Assembly (NCBI GenBank): GCA_963668315.1
Contig: OY764216.1
Coordinates: 4,128,001 to 4,192,000, forward strand
Direction of reading: 5' to 3'
DNA: 64,000 nucleotides
DNA from: Spirochaetia bacterium
GTDB lineage: Bacteria; Spirochaetota; Spirochaetia; DSM-2461
Program-made: the position numbers and the translations under genes
In this document: positions 1-10,419 of the stretch, in pieces
Numbering within the stretch: the stretch's first letter is position 1
Layout of the letters: each line of letters begins with the position of its first letter
Notes under the pieces: model-generated
What the model was told of the DNA's origin: nothing
The model's input: the letters and a program-made list of their open reading frames with translations, nothing else
Database searches by the model: none

Positions 1-121
1 GGGCGAAGTTAATCATCTTCATGACTCCGAAGATCATGGTTAATCCGACGCCGAAGAGACCGTAGATACCGCCCATCAGAATTCCGTCTATAATTGATTG
101 AAATAACAGATTCATATCCAT
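1..121 (-). CDS. livH: Branched-chain amino acid ABC transporter permease (LivH family), 5' part; truncated by the window edge
   Basis: Manual translation MDMNLLFQSIIDGILMGGIYGLFGVGLTMIFGVMKMINFA matches the LivH N-terminal pattern; lies directly downstream of a LivJ/K-type binding protein. Confidence 0.85.
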   Translation of the reverse strand, partial: MDMNLLFQSIIDGILMGGIYGLFGVGLTMIFGVMKMINFA

Positions 122-135
122 ATAAGATCCTTGAA

Positions 136-177
136 AAGAGGCCGCCACCGGACAGGTACGCCGACAGGCGGCCTCTT
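136..177 (-). terminator. Stem-loop between the binding-protein and permease genes (attenuating terminator or mRNA stabiliser)
   Basis: AAGAGGCCGCC (136-146) and GGCGGCCTCTT (167-177) form an 11-bp inverted repeat; short T-run on the minus strand. Confidence 0.6.
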
Positions 178-193
178 CTTGTTTTTAATTGAT

Positions 194-1411
194 TTACTGA
201 ACGATGATATCGGTCTGCTTGAATTCCTCGGGGAAGACAACCAGGGATTTTCCGTCAATAATCTGACTCATAACGGCGGCCGCATTCTTGTTCTGTCCGT
301 CTTCACCGAAGACAACTGCCTCCTGGGGAAGAATATGGTCGGTATAGCTGGTCTTTCTCAGAGCTTCCATGATGGCCGTGGTATCGGTGGTACCGGCGGC
401 CTCTACGGCCTGGAGAAGAACCTTGGTCGCTTCATAGGAGTAAGCGGCGTTGGGACCCATCTCTTTTCCCGTGGCAGCCAGATAGTCGGCTTTGACCTTG
501 TCGGCCAGGGCGCTTTTGGGGTTGATGGTGTAGTTGACATCCATGAGGTACTGGTTAAGCTCGGTTTCCCCGGAAATGAAGCTGGCGTTGCTGATGGCGC
601 CGTTGGCGACACCGACGATGGCCTTGGGAGCGAAGTTGGAACTCTTCATGGTCTGGAACAGAAGTTTTCCGTCTCCCAGATAGGTAATGGGGATGACCAG
701 ATCGGGATTGAGGGACTTGATCTTGTTCACATCGGAGGTCAGCTCGGCCGCACCGGCGGAATGGGGCATGACCTCCAGGATCTCCAGTCCCACTTCGGGA
801 GCATGCTCTTCGAGATAGGCGGCGATGCTGGAACCGAAGACAGACTGCTCATGGGCAATGACGGCGGTCTTGAGTTCTCCGCCGAAAGCCTCATTAAGGG
901 CGGGGTAGAACTTCAGAAAATTATCGGCCATGACCGATGCGGGGGGCTGAAGCCGGAAGGTATATTTGAAACCTCTTTCGGTAACGGAATCAACGGCGCT
1001 GATAGTCGTCACAAAGGGAATCTTCTGCCTCTCGCACTCCTGAGTGGCCGATAGAGTCACACCGCTGGAATAGGAACCGAGAACACCGACAACACCTTCG
1101 CGGACCATTCTCTGAACTTCGGATACACCCTTTTCGGCTTTCATCTCATGGTCGCCCACGACGACTTCCACCTTGGCGCCTCCCAGGGATTTGATTCCCC
1201 CCGCCGCGTTAATCTCTTCCACGGCCATCATAACGGCGTCGTTCATCTGCTGGCCTTCCAGAGCGGAAGAACCGCTTATGGGATGGAGAGAACCGATTTT
1301 AATCACGCTGACTTCTGCCGCGCCATTACCGGCCTCTTTCTTGGAACAGGAAGCTGTCACCAGAATCATGGCGCAGGCTGCCAAACCCAATACGATCTTA
1401 CTTAATTTCAT
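194..1411 (-). CDS. Branched-chain amino acid ABC transporter substrate-binding lipoprotein
   Basis: Lipoprotein signal (ILVTASC); IKIGSLHPISG and AAYSYEA motifs of LivJ/LivK-type proteins; ATG at 1411 with AGGAG RBS. Confidence 0.9.
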   Translation of the reverse strand: MKLSKIVLGLAACAMILVTASCSKKEAGNGAAEVSVIKIGSLHPISGSSALEGQQMNDAVMMAVEEINAAGGIKSLGGAKVEVVVGDHEMKAEKGVSEVQRMVREGVVGVLGSYSSGVTLSATQECERQKIPFVTTISAVDSVTERGFKYTFRLQPPASVMADNFLKFYPALNEAFGGELKTAVIAHEQSVFGSSIAAYLEEHAPEVGLEILEVMPHSAGAAELTSDVNKIKSLNPDLVIPITYLGDGKLLFQTMKSSNFAPKAIVGVANGAISNASFISGETELNQYLMDVNYTINPKSALADKVKADYLAATGKEMGPNAAYSYEATKVLLQAVEAAGTTDTTAIMEALRKTSYTDHILPQEAVVFGEDGQNKNAAAVMSQIIDGKSLVVFPEEFKQTDIIVQ

Positions 1412-1451
1412 CACTTTCTCCTTATTTCTTTTCAATGAAATAGTTACTGAA

Positions 1452-2198
1452 TTATTTATTGTGCCCCATCTGCCTGGATATAATCGTTGAGGCTTCCATT
1501 AATTTCTCGATATATCCATCCACATGCACGGTAATCCTGTCGGCCGGTCCCGATAGGGACAGACAGCCTATGACACTACCGTTCAATCCGAAAAGAGGAG
1601 AGGAAATGGCCGCCAGACCGGCAATACGGTTCCCGACGGAGACATAACTTCCCTTTTCCCTTATCCCGGCGAGAATCCCTTCCAATTCCTCCATCTGCCC
1701 GGTATCCAGGCCATCCTGTTCCATAATGCTTTTCCGGGATTCCCGATCTTCATAGGCAAGAAGTGTTCTGCCGGCGGCTCCGAAACAGGGGGAGAGCCGC
1801 TCTCCTATTTTTACAAAACTCCTTATTTCATGGGAGCTTTCCAGCATCTCCACACAGACTCTCCGGCCGTAGTGAAGGACATTGAGATTGACCGTTTCTC
1901 CGGTCGCCTCGTTCAGCGTCCTCATGAGGGGGAGCGCTTTGTTTCTCAGGTTCATTCCCAGCCCGTAGACCTGTCCAAGAAAGTAAAGCTTGAAGCCGAG
2001 ACGGTACTTCCGGGAAACCTCGTCCTGCTCAATGAAGCTTTTGGCCTTGAGCGTACCTAAAAGTCTGACAACCGTACTTTTAGGAAGAGAGTGCAGCTCT
2101 GCCAGCTCGGCAACGGAATATTCCTGTCTGCTGGAACTGAAGGAATCCAGTAGATCAAGGGCGCGTGCTACGGATGTCACAAGATCGTCATTCTGCAT
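1452..2198 (-). CDS. IclR family transcriptional regulator
   Basis: SVARALDLL...LPKSTVVRLLGTL HTH; C-terminal GAAGRTLLA and AISSPLF...CLSLSGP; start at ATG 2198 after GGAGAG. Confidence 0.9.
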   Translation of the reverse strand: MQNDDLVTSVARALDLLDSFSSSRQEYSVAELAELHSLPKSTVVRLLGTLKAKSFIEQDEVSRKYRLGFKLYFLGQVYGLGMNLRNKALPLMRTLNEATGETVNLNVLHYGRRVCVEMLESSHEIRSFVKIGERLSPCFGAAGRTLLAYEDRESRKSIMEQDGLDTGQMEELEGILAGIREKGSYVSVGNRIAGLAAISSPLFGLNGSVIGCLSLSGPADRITVHVDGYIEKLMEASTIISRQMGHNK

Positions 2199-2221
2199 TA
2201 TTTCAAACTCTCCCCGATTGC

Positions 2222-2249
2222 GTTTCACCATACGGAACGCATTCCGTAT
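2222..2249. promoter_or_regulatory. Candidate IclR operator
   Basis: Perfect 8-bp inverted repeat ATACGGAA-cgca-TTCCGTAT (2230-2249) overlapping an imperfect dyad GTTTC-N7-GGAAC, just upstream of the iclR start. Confidence 0.45.
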
Positions 2250-2473
2250 CTTGGTATACACTCTCTATAACAAAAGATATGCCAAGTAGGGAAAACCGGG
2301 AGAGAGGATTAACTCTATATTTCTATTTCATAGATATTTATGTTTTATTGATGGGATAAAAAAAAAGAAGGAAAACAAATGGCAACATATGTTTTCCTTC
2401 CAATTTGTAGCTTAAGTTCGCTTCTTTTACATTTATGTTCAGTCCATTTTCCGAGTAATCATCAACCGGGAAA

Positions 2474-4438
2474 TCAAAATTCCTCAAATTCTCCGAGATC
2501 CTCTTCGGAAATCCTTTTCTCCGCCTCCTTCGGTTCAGCCCCGGGTGCAGGGGTCGGAGGAAGCAGGGGGCCTGGGGCAGTCTCCCTCTTCCTGCCTGCC
2601 CCGGGCCCGGTCTGATTTACCCTCTGTTTCCCGGGAGTCTGCCCGGTGTTCCCCAGCTTGAAATAGAGCATCAGCTCCTTCAGCTGTTCCGCCTGGTGGG
2701 AAAGGTTTTCCGATGTGGCCGCCAGCTCCTCCGAAGAGGAAGCATTGCTCTGAATCGTCTGATCCAGATGCTGTATGGCCGTGGTTATCTGATCCACGCC
2801 GGACTGCTGCTCCCGGCTGGAGGCACTGATTTCCTTCACCAGATCGGCGGTTTTCTCAATGTCGGGCACGACCTTGGCCAGTTTTTCTCCGGAAGACCGG
2901 GACAGAGAAACCGTCGTGGATGCCAATTGGGTAATCTCTCCGGCGGCCGTCTGGCTCTGCTCGGCCAGTTTGCGAACTTCCGCGGCGACAACGGCGAAAC
3001 CCTTTCCGTACTCCCCTGCCCGGGCGGCCTCAATGGCCGCATTCAGAGCCAGCATGTTGGTGCTGCGGGAAATCTCTTCGATTATACCGATTTTTTCGGC
3101 GATGAAATTCATAGCTTCAATAGCTTCGTTAACGGTCTTGCCCCCTTCCTTGGCGTCGAGGGCGGCCTTGGTCGAGATATCCTCGGTCAATTTGGCGTTT
3201 TCTGCATTCTGGGAGATATTGGCATTCATCTGCACCATGGAACTGGAGACCTCTTCGGCGTTGGCCGCCTGCTCGGTAGCCCCGCTTGAGAGCATCTGGC
3301 TCGATTCGTTCACCTGCATACTGCTGTTGGCGATGCTGTTGGAAGCGGTGATAACCTGACTGACGATTTTCTTGAAACTGCCTGCCATATCGTGAAGGGA
3401 TTGTGCCAGAAGACCGATTTCGTCGGTTCTTTCCCGCAGTTTTTCTTCCACGTCAATGGTAAGGTCCCCCGAAGCCAGAACTTTCACCTTTTCCGACAGA
3501 ACCTTAATGGGCCTTGAAAAGGCGTTCCCCAGAAAGACTCCGAGAAGGATACCGAACAGTACCCAGAAGATTCCTATCATGGACATCTGTGTTTTTAGTC
3601 TGTCCAGGGATTTCAAAGCGGTTTTCTCCGGTATGTTGATGGCCACATCCCAGCCGAATTCCCCTATGGGCGTATAGGCGACAAACAGACGGTCACGCCT
3701 CGTGCCGTATTCACCGATACCCCTGCCGCCGGCCATCATATCCTTAACGATAGCCCCGAGTCCGGTAAAACTGGAATTCGTTTTTTCCAGTTCGGTCGCA
3801 TCAATCTTGGCGGCCACCATGGCAGGATCGGTATGGGCGACCGGCCAGGGATCACTGGAAATAATGAAGTTGGAGGCTCCCTCTCCGTTATCCACCGTCT
3901 GCAGATATTCGCTCAGGAATTCGGCATTTCTCTGCCCGATCAGAACGCCCCTCAGGACGCCGTCCCGCATAATGGGAACGGCGATCAGTACGGTGAGCAG
4001 GTCCTCTTCCCCCTCTACGGCGCTGAAAACGGGATCTGAGATAGCCGGGACTTTCTCCCTCAGGACCTTCTGCATATAGGCCCTTCCCGAAAGATCCGGT
4101 GTCGCACCCGTAACAAGGTGGAGGATCCCGTTCGTATCGGCGGGTGTGATGGAATTGAACCCCAGCCGGGCCGACTCAACCGCCAGTGCGTCATACATCT
4201 CCGGGGAGTAGTCGAAGGTAAGGTAGCGGGTAATCGCGCTCATTTCGATGAACTGACTGTCTATCCAGTTCTCAAATCCATCGGCCAGTTTATCCGCCTC
4301 CGATTCAAGACGGGACTCCACCTCCGCCCGTAGAGCCCGCTGTGAAGTGAAAAAAGAGAAGAGACTCAAGCTGATGATAATGATCAGAGAGGTTCCCACA
4401 AAACTGATAATCTGCTTTGTCCTTACAGAAATGTTCAT
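2474..4438 (-). CDS. Methyl-accepting chemotaxis protein (Cache sensor, HAMP, signalling domain)
   Basis: Two TM segments, DEIGLLA HAMP motif, [36 protein letters not shown] signature. Confidence 0.95.
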   Translation of the reverse strand: MNISVRTKQIISFVGTSLIIIISLSLFSFFTSQRALRAEVESRLESEADKLADGFENWIDSQFIEMSAITRYLTFDYSPEMYDALAVESARLGFNSITPADTNGILHLVTGATPDLSGRAYMQKVLREKVPAISDPVFSAVEGEEDLLTVLIAVPIMRDGVLRGVLIGQRNAEFLSEYLQTVDNGEGASNFIISSDPWPVAHTDPAMVAAKIDATELEKTNSSFTGLGAIVKDMMAGGRGIGEYGTRRDRLFVAYTPIGEFGWDVAINIPEKTALKSLDRLKTQMSMIGIFWVLFGILLGVFLGNAFSRPIKVLSEKVKVLASGDLTIDVEEKLRERTDEIGLLAQSLHDMAGSFKKIVSQVITASNSIANSSMQVNESSQMLSSGATEQAANAEEVSSSMVQMNANISQNAENAKLTEDISTKAALDAKEGGKTVNEAIEAMNFIAEKIGIIEEISRSTNMLALNAAIEAARAGEYGKGFAVVAAEVRKLAEQSQTAAGEITQLASTTVSLSRSSGEKLAKVVPDIEKTADLVKEISASSREQQSGVDQITTAIQHLDQTIQSNASSSEELAATSENLSHQAEQLKELMLYFKLGNTGQTPGKQRVNQTGPGAGRKRETAPGPLLPPTPAPGAEPKEAEKRISEEDLGEFEEF

Positions 4439-4524
4439 AATAATTTCCTTTCATATTTTATAAAATAGATTCTAAAATTCCATAAACCTGTTTTCAAGAA
4501 AAAAAATTCCCGGCGATCCCGGAG

Positions 4525-6144
4525 TCAGTAGTCATCCCTGACCGTATATCTGTTCCTCCCCGCTTTCTTGGAATCGTACAGAGCCTCATCGGCCGAAGAG
4601 AGAAGTTTAGCCAGATTCTGCACAGATAGGGAAAACGTACCGCAGGAGATTCCGATGCTCACCGTCAGAATGGGGCTGGTGGGAGAATCGGCATGCTCTA
4701 TGGCCAGGCGCTCGATGTTTTTCATAATCCTTTCGGCGACCCTTACGGCACCCCGGCAATCGGTTTTCTCAAGAATAATGAGAAACTCCTCCCCCCCGTA
4801 ACGGCAGGGGAAATCCGTTTCCCTGGTGACGACACTCTCCAGTACTCCCGCAACCTCGCGGAGACAGACATCGCCGGCGAGATGGCCGTATCGGTCGTTG
4901 TAAAGCTTGAAATGGTCAATATCAAGCATGATAAAAGCACCGTCTCTCACAGCCTCTCCGGAAGGGTCCGACTGCTTCGACTCCTGCCAGTTCCGGATGA
5001 ACCTCTTGTTGTAGAGACCGGTCAGTTCATCACTGTTGGCCTGATTATGAAGGTCTCTGTTCTTACTGCTCAATTCATGGGTCTGAGCCTGGATAACATC
5101 CAGAAGGCCGTTGAAACTCTCGCATAGACGGCCGAATTCATCGTCACTCCCTACGGGGATCCTGAAAGTCAGGTCCCCCTCTTCCTTAATGCGGACAACA
5201 TTATGATACAGATTTTTCACGGGGAGCAGATAATGGTGGTTCATGAACTTGAGATCTCCGATGGCGACGAGAAGGACTCCCGCGATAATTATCGCCAGAT
5301 AGAAAAAAAAGGTTTTCCAGCCGAGCTGCATCAAATCCCGGTTATGCCTGATGATAATCAGAATATCATAGGGAACCGCGGGCGATCCGCGGGGAATCAT
5401 GCAATAGGATGTGATTACATCCTTCTCCCTCTCTACAAGATGGCCGTCTTCCAGCAGCTGGGTATTGCCGATCCGGGGAATCCTTGTGATATCGTTTCTC
5501 GACAGAATCTGAAAATCCACATTAATCATCTCGGAGAGGCTGTGGACAACCAAATCGGTCATCTCCCTGGCCAGGATAAGGTACCCCGCAGCATCGTCCG
5601 AATCGGAACCGGGTATGATGGGACGGGCCACCATCATATAAACCCGGGGACCGACCGTTACCAGCCCCATGGGACTGTCGCTCAGGGCAAAAGAGAAAAG
5701 CCTCTCGGAAAAGGCATCCTCCGGGAAATCCCCGGCGAAAACCGGCTCCTCTTTTTCAATATCAACGGTCATCTGCCATTTGACCGACCGGTCTTCCCTG
5801 ACGAATGACATGAGATTCAGATCCAGCGTAACGAGGGTCTCAAGGGATAGATTGCTATCGATAAAAGAGGGATTTTCCTCCCTCATAAATGCCCAGGCTT
5901 CATCCCAGACAGACCAGTCTTCACAGGTTTTTATCAGGTAATCCTCCATGGACGTTATACTTCTCTGAACCCTCTCCTTCCTGTCTATCTCCAGCATATT
6001 CTCGAACATAAGCACTTTTCTGATGAAAAGAAAATAGCCGGCCGATGTGCTTATCACCAGAAGAAAGAGGAAGGAGTATATGATATACCGTGTCAGGACC
6101 CGGGTAGCTTTGAACTCCGTTGCATGGACTTTTTTAGTAACCAT
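4525..6144 (-). CDS. Membrane-bound diguanylate cyclase (CHASE4-like, HAMP, GGDEF)
   Basis: DWSVWDE CHASE4-like motif, HAMP, DELTGLYN, DIDHFKLYND, RETD I-site and GGEEF active site. Confidence 0.9.
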   Translation of the reverse strand: MVTKKVHATEFKATRVLTRYIIYSFLFLLVISTSAGYFLFIRKVLMFENMLEIDRKERVQRSITSMEDYLIKTCEDWSVWDEAWAFMREENPSFIDSNLSLETLVTLDLNLMSFVREDRSVKWQMTVDIEKEEPVFAGDFPEDAFSERLFSFALSDSPMGLVTVGPRVYMMVARPIIPGSDSDDAAGYLILAREMTDLVVHSLSEMINVDFQILSRNDITRIPRIGNTQLLEDGHLVEREKDVITSYCMIPRGSPAVPYDILIIIRHNRDLMQLGWKTFFFYLAIIIAGVLLVAIGDLKFMNHHYLLPVKNLYHNVVRIKEEGDLTFRIPVGSDDEFGRLCESFNGLLDVIQAQTHELSSKNRDLHNQANSDELTGLYNKRFIRNWQESKQSDPSGEAVRDGAFIMLDIDHFKLYNDRYGHLAGDVCLREVAGVLESVVTRETDFPCRYGGEEFLIILEKTDCRGAVRVAERIMKNIERLAIEHADSPTSPILTVSIGISCGTFSLSVQNLAKLLSSADEALYDSKKAGRNRYTVRDDY

Positions 6145-6210
6145 GATATCAGTATAAGCGATGGGCGGAGGATTTTCCTGCCCTCCGTAAAAAACCGCCG
6201 GATTTTGCTC

Positions 6211-7584
6211 TTATGGGACATATTCAAACCAGAACTCGGTAAGCCCCCCGTCACAGGACACCCCGTAGGGCAAACCGTGGGCATCCAGAATGGTTTTCAC
6301 AATGGAGAGGCCGATGCCCGTCCCCTTGTTGCGCCCGCCGTGATGCTGGCTTCTGTGGTATTTTTCCCAGATAAGCTCATAATCTTCGGCGGAAATGGGT
6401 TCTCCCGGATTAATTACGGCGACATGGGCAGAAGCTCCTCTCTTACTGATAACGACCCTGATCAGCCCTCCGTCCGGCGTATGGTTGACCCCGTTGTTAA
6501 GAAGGTTCCGCAGTACCTGACAGATTTTCAGAGCATCCACATAGACAGGGATATCATCGGCGTAGCTGTCAAGTTGTATCTCTATCCCGTATTCAACGGT
6601 TTCCAGTTCCCGGCGGGAGATCTCCGACTCGGCGAGCTCCCGCAGATTATATTTGTCCCTGTTAAGCCTATAGTATCCCGCCTGAAGCTGGGAATAATCC
6701 AGGATATCGTCTACCATCTCGCTCATCCGACGGGATTCCCTGATAATCAGCTCCAGATCTTTGTTCCGTTTCTCATCATCCTTCCAGTCGATATCCCGTA
6801 TAAGCTCCCCGTAACCGGATATCAGCGAGAGAGGCGCCCGCAGTTCATGGGAAACATTGGCGATGACCTCCTTTCTGAGCACATCCACCCGCCTGAGCTC
6901 CTTCGACAGGTCTGCCACGGACCGGGACAGCTGGCCCAGCTCGTCATGCAGCCTGACACGGGGAGAGGCGGTAAGATCCCCCCCGGCCAGCTGATCAACC
7001 GATATCCTTATCTCCTTGACGGGCTTGACGAAGTGGGCGGCCAGGAGGGCCGCCAGCGCCGCGGTCAGAATGGTGAGGACAATACTCAAAAGAATCAGCT
7101 GATTCCGGTTCATCTGCAGAACCCGGTGAAGCTGGTCAAGGGTCTCGTAGAAGACAACGGCGGAGCGTCTGTTCTCATACTCTATGGGAATGCCGATTTC
7201 CAGGGCGATGAGATCGCTACGGTTTTTCAGAACACGGTTATAGGAGACGCCCTTCAGAAGAGCCCCGTACTCTTCGCTCTCCTTCAGATATCCCAATACC
7301 TTCTCCATGGCCGCCATGGAATCGCCGTTAAGCTCGTGCCCGGCGCTGTAGAGGGCGATGAGACGGCCGTCCCCGTCGATAATCATCATTTTGCCGTTAA
7401 CCGATCTGGAGAGGGAGGTCATCATGTTCTTATCGAAGGACCGGTTCTCCTCCAACTCTTCCAGAAGAGGCTCAAGTTTCTCCCTGATTTCCGAGGCGGT
7501 GGATTCGATGAAATTCCTCTCGAAAAAGACAATCTGAACCATCCACATGAAAGCGATGGCAAGATATACGAGCAGCATCATCAT
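6211..7584 (-). CDS. HAMP-containing sensor histidine kinase
   Basis: NVSHELRAPL H-box, NLLNNG N-box, GTGIGLSIVK G2 box; exact start uncertain. Confidence 0.9.
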   Translation of the reverse strand: MMMLLVYLAIAFMWMVQIVFFERNFIESTASEIREKLEPLLEELEENRSFDKNMMTSLSRSVNGKMMIIDGDGRLIALYSAGHELNGDSMAAMEKVLGYLKESEEYGALLKGVSYNRVLKNRSDLIALEIGIPIEYENRRSAVVFYETLDQLHRVLQMNRNQLILLSIVLTILTAALAALLAAHFVKPVKEIRISVDQLAGGDLTASPRVRLHDELGQLSRSVADLSKELRRVDVLRKEVIANVSHELRAPLSLISGYGELIRDIDWKDDEKRNKDLELIIRESRRMSEMVDDILDYSQLQAGYYRLNRDKYNLRELAESEISRRELETVEYGIEIQLDSYADDIPVYVDALKICQVLRNLLNNGVNHTPDGGLIRVVISKRGASAHVAVINPGEPISAEDYELIWEKYHRSQHHGGRNKGTGIGLSIVKTILDAHGLPYGVSCDGGLTEFWFEYVP

Positions 7585-7639
7585 GAGCCAGAGGCGTACG
7601 GCGATTTTCGAACGGCAGAGAAGGGGAAGATTTTTCAGG

Positions 7640-8305
7640 TTAAGAAGAAAATTTATATCCCACCCCCCAGACGGTCTGGACCGCGTCGCGGTATTCGCCC
7701 AGATGCTCCCTCAATGATTTGATGTGGGTATCGATCGTCCTGACGTCCCCATAGTAGTTATATCCCCAGACGGCGTCGAGTATCTGCTCCCGCCTGAGGA
7801 CCAGCCCCGCGTTCCGGGCGAGGTGCAGCAGAAGATCGAACTCCTTGGGTGGCAGGGTGACTTCGGTATCGCCGAGCTCAACGACCCTTGCCTTGACGGA
7901 AATACGGAAGTCACCGCAATCCATAATGTCCGGGAGGGAATGGCCGCTTCGTTTCTGAACAGCCCTTATCCTGGCCATGAGCTCTCTGGGACTGAAGGGC
8001 TTGGGAATATAATCGTCCGCCCCCAGCTCGAACCCCAGAAGCTTGTCGTACTCCTCGCTCCGAGCGGTCAACAGAATGACAGGGACCTGGCTGAACGTCC
8101 GGATTTCCCTCAGCGTCTCGAAGCCGTCCAGCACAGGCATGAGAACATCGAGCACCACCAGATCGAAGGCTGATTCGTTCATCAGGCCGATGGCCCGGTG
8201 ACCGTTCTCGGCCTCGACGCACTCGTACCCCTCGTTCTCCCCGTAGGAGAGTACGAGTCTTCTCAGATTGGGATCATCATCGACAATAAGTAATTTCCCT
8301 TTCAA
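7640..8305 (-). CDS. OmpR/PhoB family response regulator
   Basis: IVDDD, LDVLMP receiver motifs; RTIDTHIKSLR...TVWGVGYKF winged helix; TTG start with GAGGTG RBS. Confidence 0.95.
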   Translation of the reverse strand: MKGKLLIVDDDPNLRRLVLSYGENEGYECVEAENGHRAIGLMNESAFDLVVLDVLMPVLDGFETLREIRTFSQVPVILLTARSEEYDKLLGFELGADDYIPKPFSPRELMARIRAVQKRSGHSLPDIMDCGDFRISVKARVVELGDTEVTLPPKEFDLLLHLARNAGLVLRREQILDAVWGYNYYGDVRTIDTHIKSLREHLGEYRDAVQTVWGVGYKFSS

Positions 8306-8370
8306 AGGATCACCTCACACCGCAGTATACCACCAAAACGCCCTTCCCAGAATATCCTCCCCCCAAGGGA

Positions 8371-9279
8371 TCAGAGAATGAGGTTCACCGTCATTCCGGC
8401 AAACAGGGCGAAAAACATATTATAGGCCAGATAGAGGCCGAATCCCCCGGCTCCCAGAACTATTTTAAGAGCTCCCAGATTGGTGATTTTCGTGGCGGGG
8501 CCGGTGATCATGAAAGCCGCGGCCGCCCCCGGGGACATGCCCCGGTAGAGCCAGTCCTGCAGAAGCGGCACGGTTCCCCCTCCGCACACATACAGGGGTA
8601 CCCCGATAGTGGCCGCCATGAGAACCCCGAAGGCTCTGTTGTTCCCGAACAGCCAGACGACCGCATCCTCGGGGACATAGCGCTGGAACAGGGCGGTCAG
8701 AGCCAGACCGGCCAGAAAGTAGGGAACGGTCGCTTTCACGTTGCGGTAGATATTCTTGAGCAGCCTTAAAAACGGATTCGGGTCGATATCCCGGTTGGAA
8801 CAGGCTCCGAAGCGGGAAAAATCAAAGAAGCTCTTTCCCCGGCCCAGACAGAAGATCCTCACCCCGATTCCGGCGGCGATTCCGGTCAGACAGCTTAAAG
8901 CGATGCGGATGATCAGCACCGCAGGGCCGAGGGCGGCGCTGTAGAATATCAGCTGCGGATTCAGCAGAATGGAACTCATCATAAAGGCGGCCAGCCAGTC
9001 GTCCCTCATGCCCTTTTCCGAAAAGGAGGCGGCGATGGGAATGGTTCCGTACATGCAGAGGGGCGAAAGGACCCCCAGAAGGGCGGCGGGGATGACACCC
9101 AGAACTCCGAGCTTTCTTTTCTGAAGCGCGGTGAAAAGACCATGTATGCGCTGCTTCCCGAATACCGAGATGAGGGAACCGAGAAGGATGCCTCCTATCA
9201 GGTAAGGAAAAATCAGGGAGAACTGGACGGAAAAGTAATACCAGAAGTAAATACCTTCCCGCCGCAGAATATCACTCAT
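8371..9279 (-). CDS. Permease, DUF318/ArsP-like family
   Basis: Hydrophobic two-repeat protein with PLCMYGTIP and PLYVCGGGTVP motifs. Confidence 0.8.
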   Translation of the reverse strand: MSDILRREGIYFWYYFSVQFSLIFPYLIGGILLGSLISVFGKQRIHGLFTALQKRKLGVLGVIPAALLGVLSPLCMYGTIPIAASFSEKGMRDDWLAAFMMSSILLNPQLIFYSAALGPAVLIIRIALSCLTGIAAGIGVRIFCLGRGKSFFDFSRFGACSNRDIDPNPFLRLLKNIYRNVKATVPYFLAGLALTALFQRYVPEDAVVWLFGNNRAFGVLMAATIGVPLYVCGGGTVPLLQDWLYRGMSPGAAAAFMITGPATKITNLGALKIVLGAGGFGLYLAYNMFFALFAGMTVNLIL

Positions 9280-10342
9280 CTATGCTGACCAGCCTGTACT
9301 CCCTGCTGCCGAAGCCGATCGCGGCGGCGTGTTCCAGAATATGGGTCCCGTTGCGTGATTCGATGCGTTCAATGACCGAACCGCCGTCCGGTGCGGCGTA
9401 GACATAGTCGACGCAGGCCTGGTCGATGGCCACCGGGTCAAAGGAGGCGAATATGCCTATATCGTGCATATCCGGTTCGGCCGGGTTGGCCACGCAGTCG
9501 CAGTCCACCGATATGTTGTTCATCACGTTGATATACATGATATCCTCCCCGTGTCCCAGATAGTCGGAGACGGACTTGGCCGCCTCAGCCATGGACTCGG
9601 TGAAGTCGTCGGCGGGGGTACCGAAGCTGAGACCGGTCCGCTCCTTTCCCGCCGAATGAATCAGGGATTTCCCTTCGGCCGAGGCGATGCCTATGGAGGT
9701 GTTTTTCAAAGCTCCGCCGAAGCCTCCCATCATGTGCCCCTTGAAGTGGGAGAGCACCAGAAAGGAGTCGTAATCGGCGAAATGGGCTCCCACCTGATTC
9801 GTTTTCAGCCAGACTCCCCCTTCCACGGGGATTTCCAGCCCCCCGTCGGCATCCATGATGTCCACGGGCGCGATGGCCGTGTAACCCCGGTCTTCCGCTA
9901 CCTGGAGATGCATGGCCGTATTGATCCGGCTTCCGCCGTAAGCCGTATTGCACTCGACGATGGTTCCGTTCAGCTGCTGAACCAGCTCCCTGATGAAGTC
10001 GGGCCTGAGGTGATTGCTGTTTTCTCCCTCTCCCGTATGGAGCTTGACGGCGACCTTTCCCCGGGGAACGCGCTGCAGCGCCTCATAGGCGGCCATCAGT
10101 CCGGCGGGGCTGATATCGGTGGTCATATAGACAACGGGAGCCTGTCCGGAATCGGTTCTGTGCTCAAGGGCCGTCAGGGGAATCAGCTCTCCCGCCGTAA
10201 CCCTTTTCCCCTCTCCGGTATCCTGACTATCAGCGGAAGCCGCCGTTTCTTCCGTCACCGGTTCGCCCTCATCGGCATGTCCCAGGCTGAACGCCTGCAG
10301 GGCAATTGCCGAGACAAAAAGATACATTAAGACTCGTTTCAT
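9272..10342 (-). CDS. DUF362 family protein with signal peptide
   Basis: VAVKLHTGE, ECNTAY, SHFKGHMMGGFGGALKN, SVDCDC and DPVAIDQAC motifs; hydrophobic N-terminus. Confidence 0.8.
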   Translation of the reverse strand: MKRVLMYLFVSAIALQAFSLGHADEGEPVTEETAASADSQDTGEGKRVTAGELIPLTALEHRTDSGQAPVVYMTTDISPAGLMAAYEALQRVPRGKVAVKLHTGEGENSNHLRPDFIRELVQQLNGTIVECNTAYGGSRINTAMHLQVAEDRGYTAIAPVDIMDADGGLEIPVEGGVWLKTNQVGAHFADYDSFLVLSHFKGHMMGGFGGALKNTSIGIASAEGKSLIHSAGKERTGLSFGTPADDFTESMAEAAKSVSDYLGHGEDIMYINVMNNISVDCDCVANPAEPDMHDIGIFASFDPVAIDQACVDYVYAAPDGGSVIERIESRNGTHILEHAAAIGFGSREYRLVSIDE

Positions 10343-10385
10343 CCTATTCCTCCTCCCTGTTTTCTTTCCCTAACCCTACAGGAAA

Positions 10386-10405
10386 GTTGTGAGAAAACTG
10401 TGAAA
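10386..10405 (-). promoter_or_regulatory. Candidate OmpR-family binding site
   Basis: TCACA direct repeat with 11-bp period (minus strand TTTCACAGTTTTCTCACAAC) upstream of the DUF362-permease-RR-HK operon. Confidence 0.5.
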
Positions 10406-10419
10406 ACCGGCCCCCCCCC

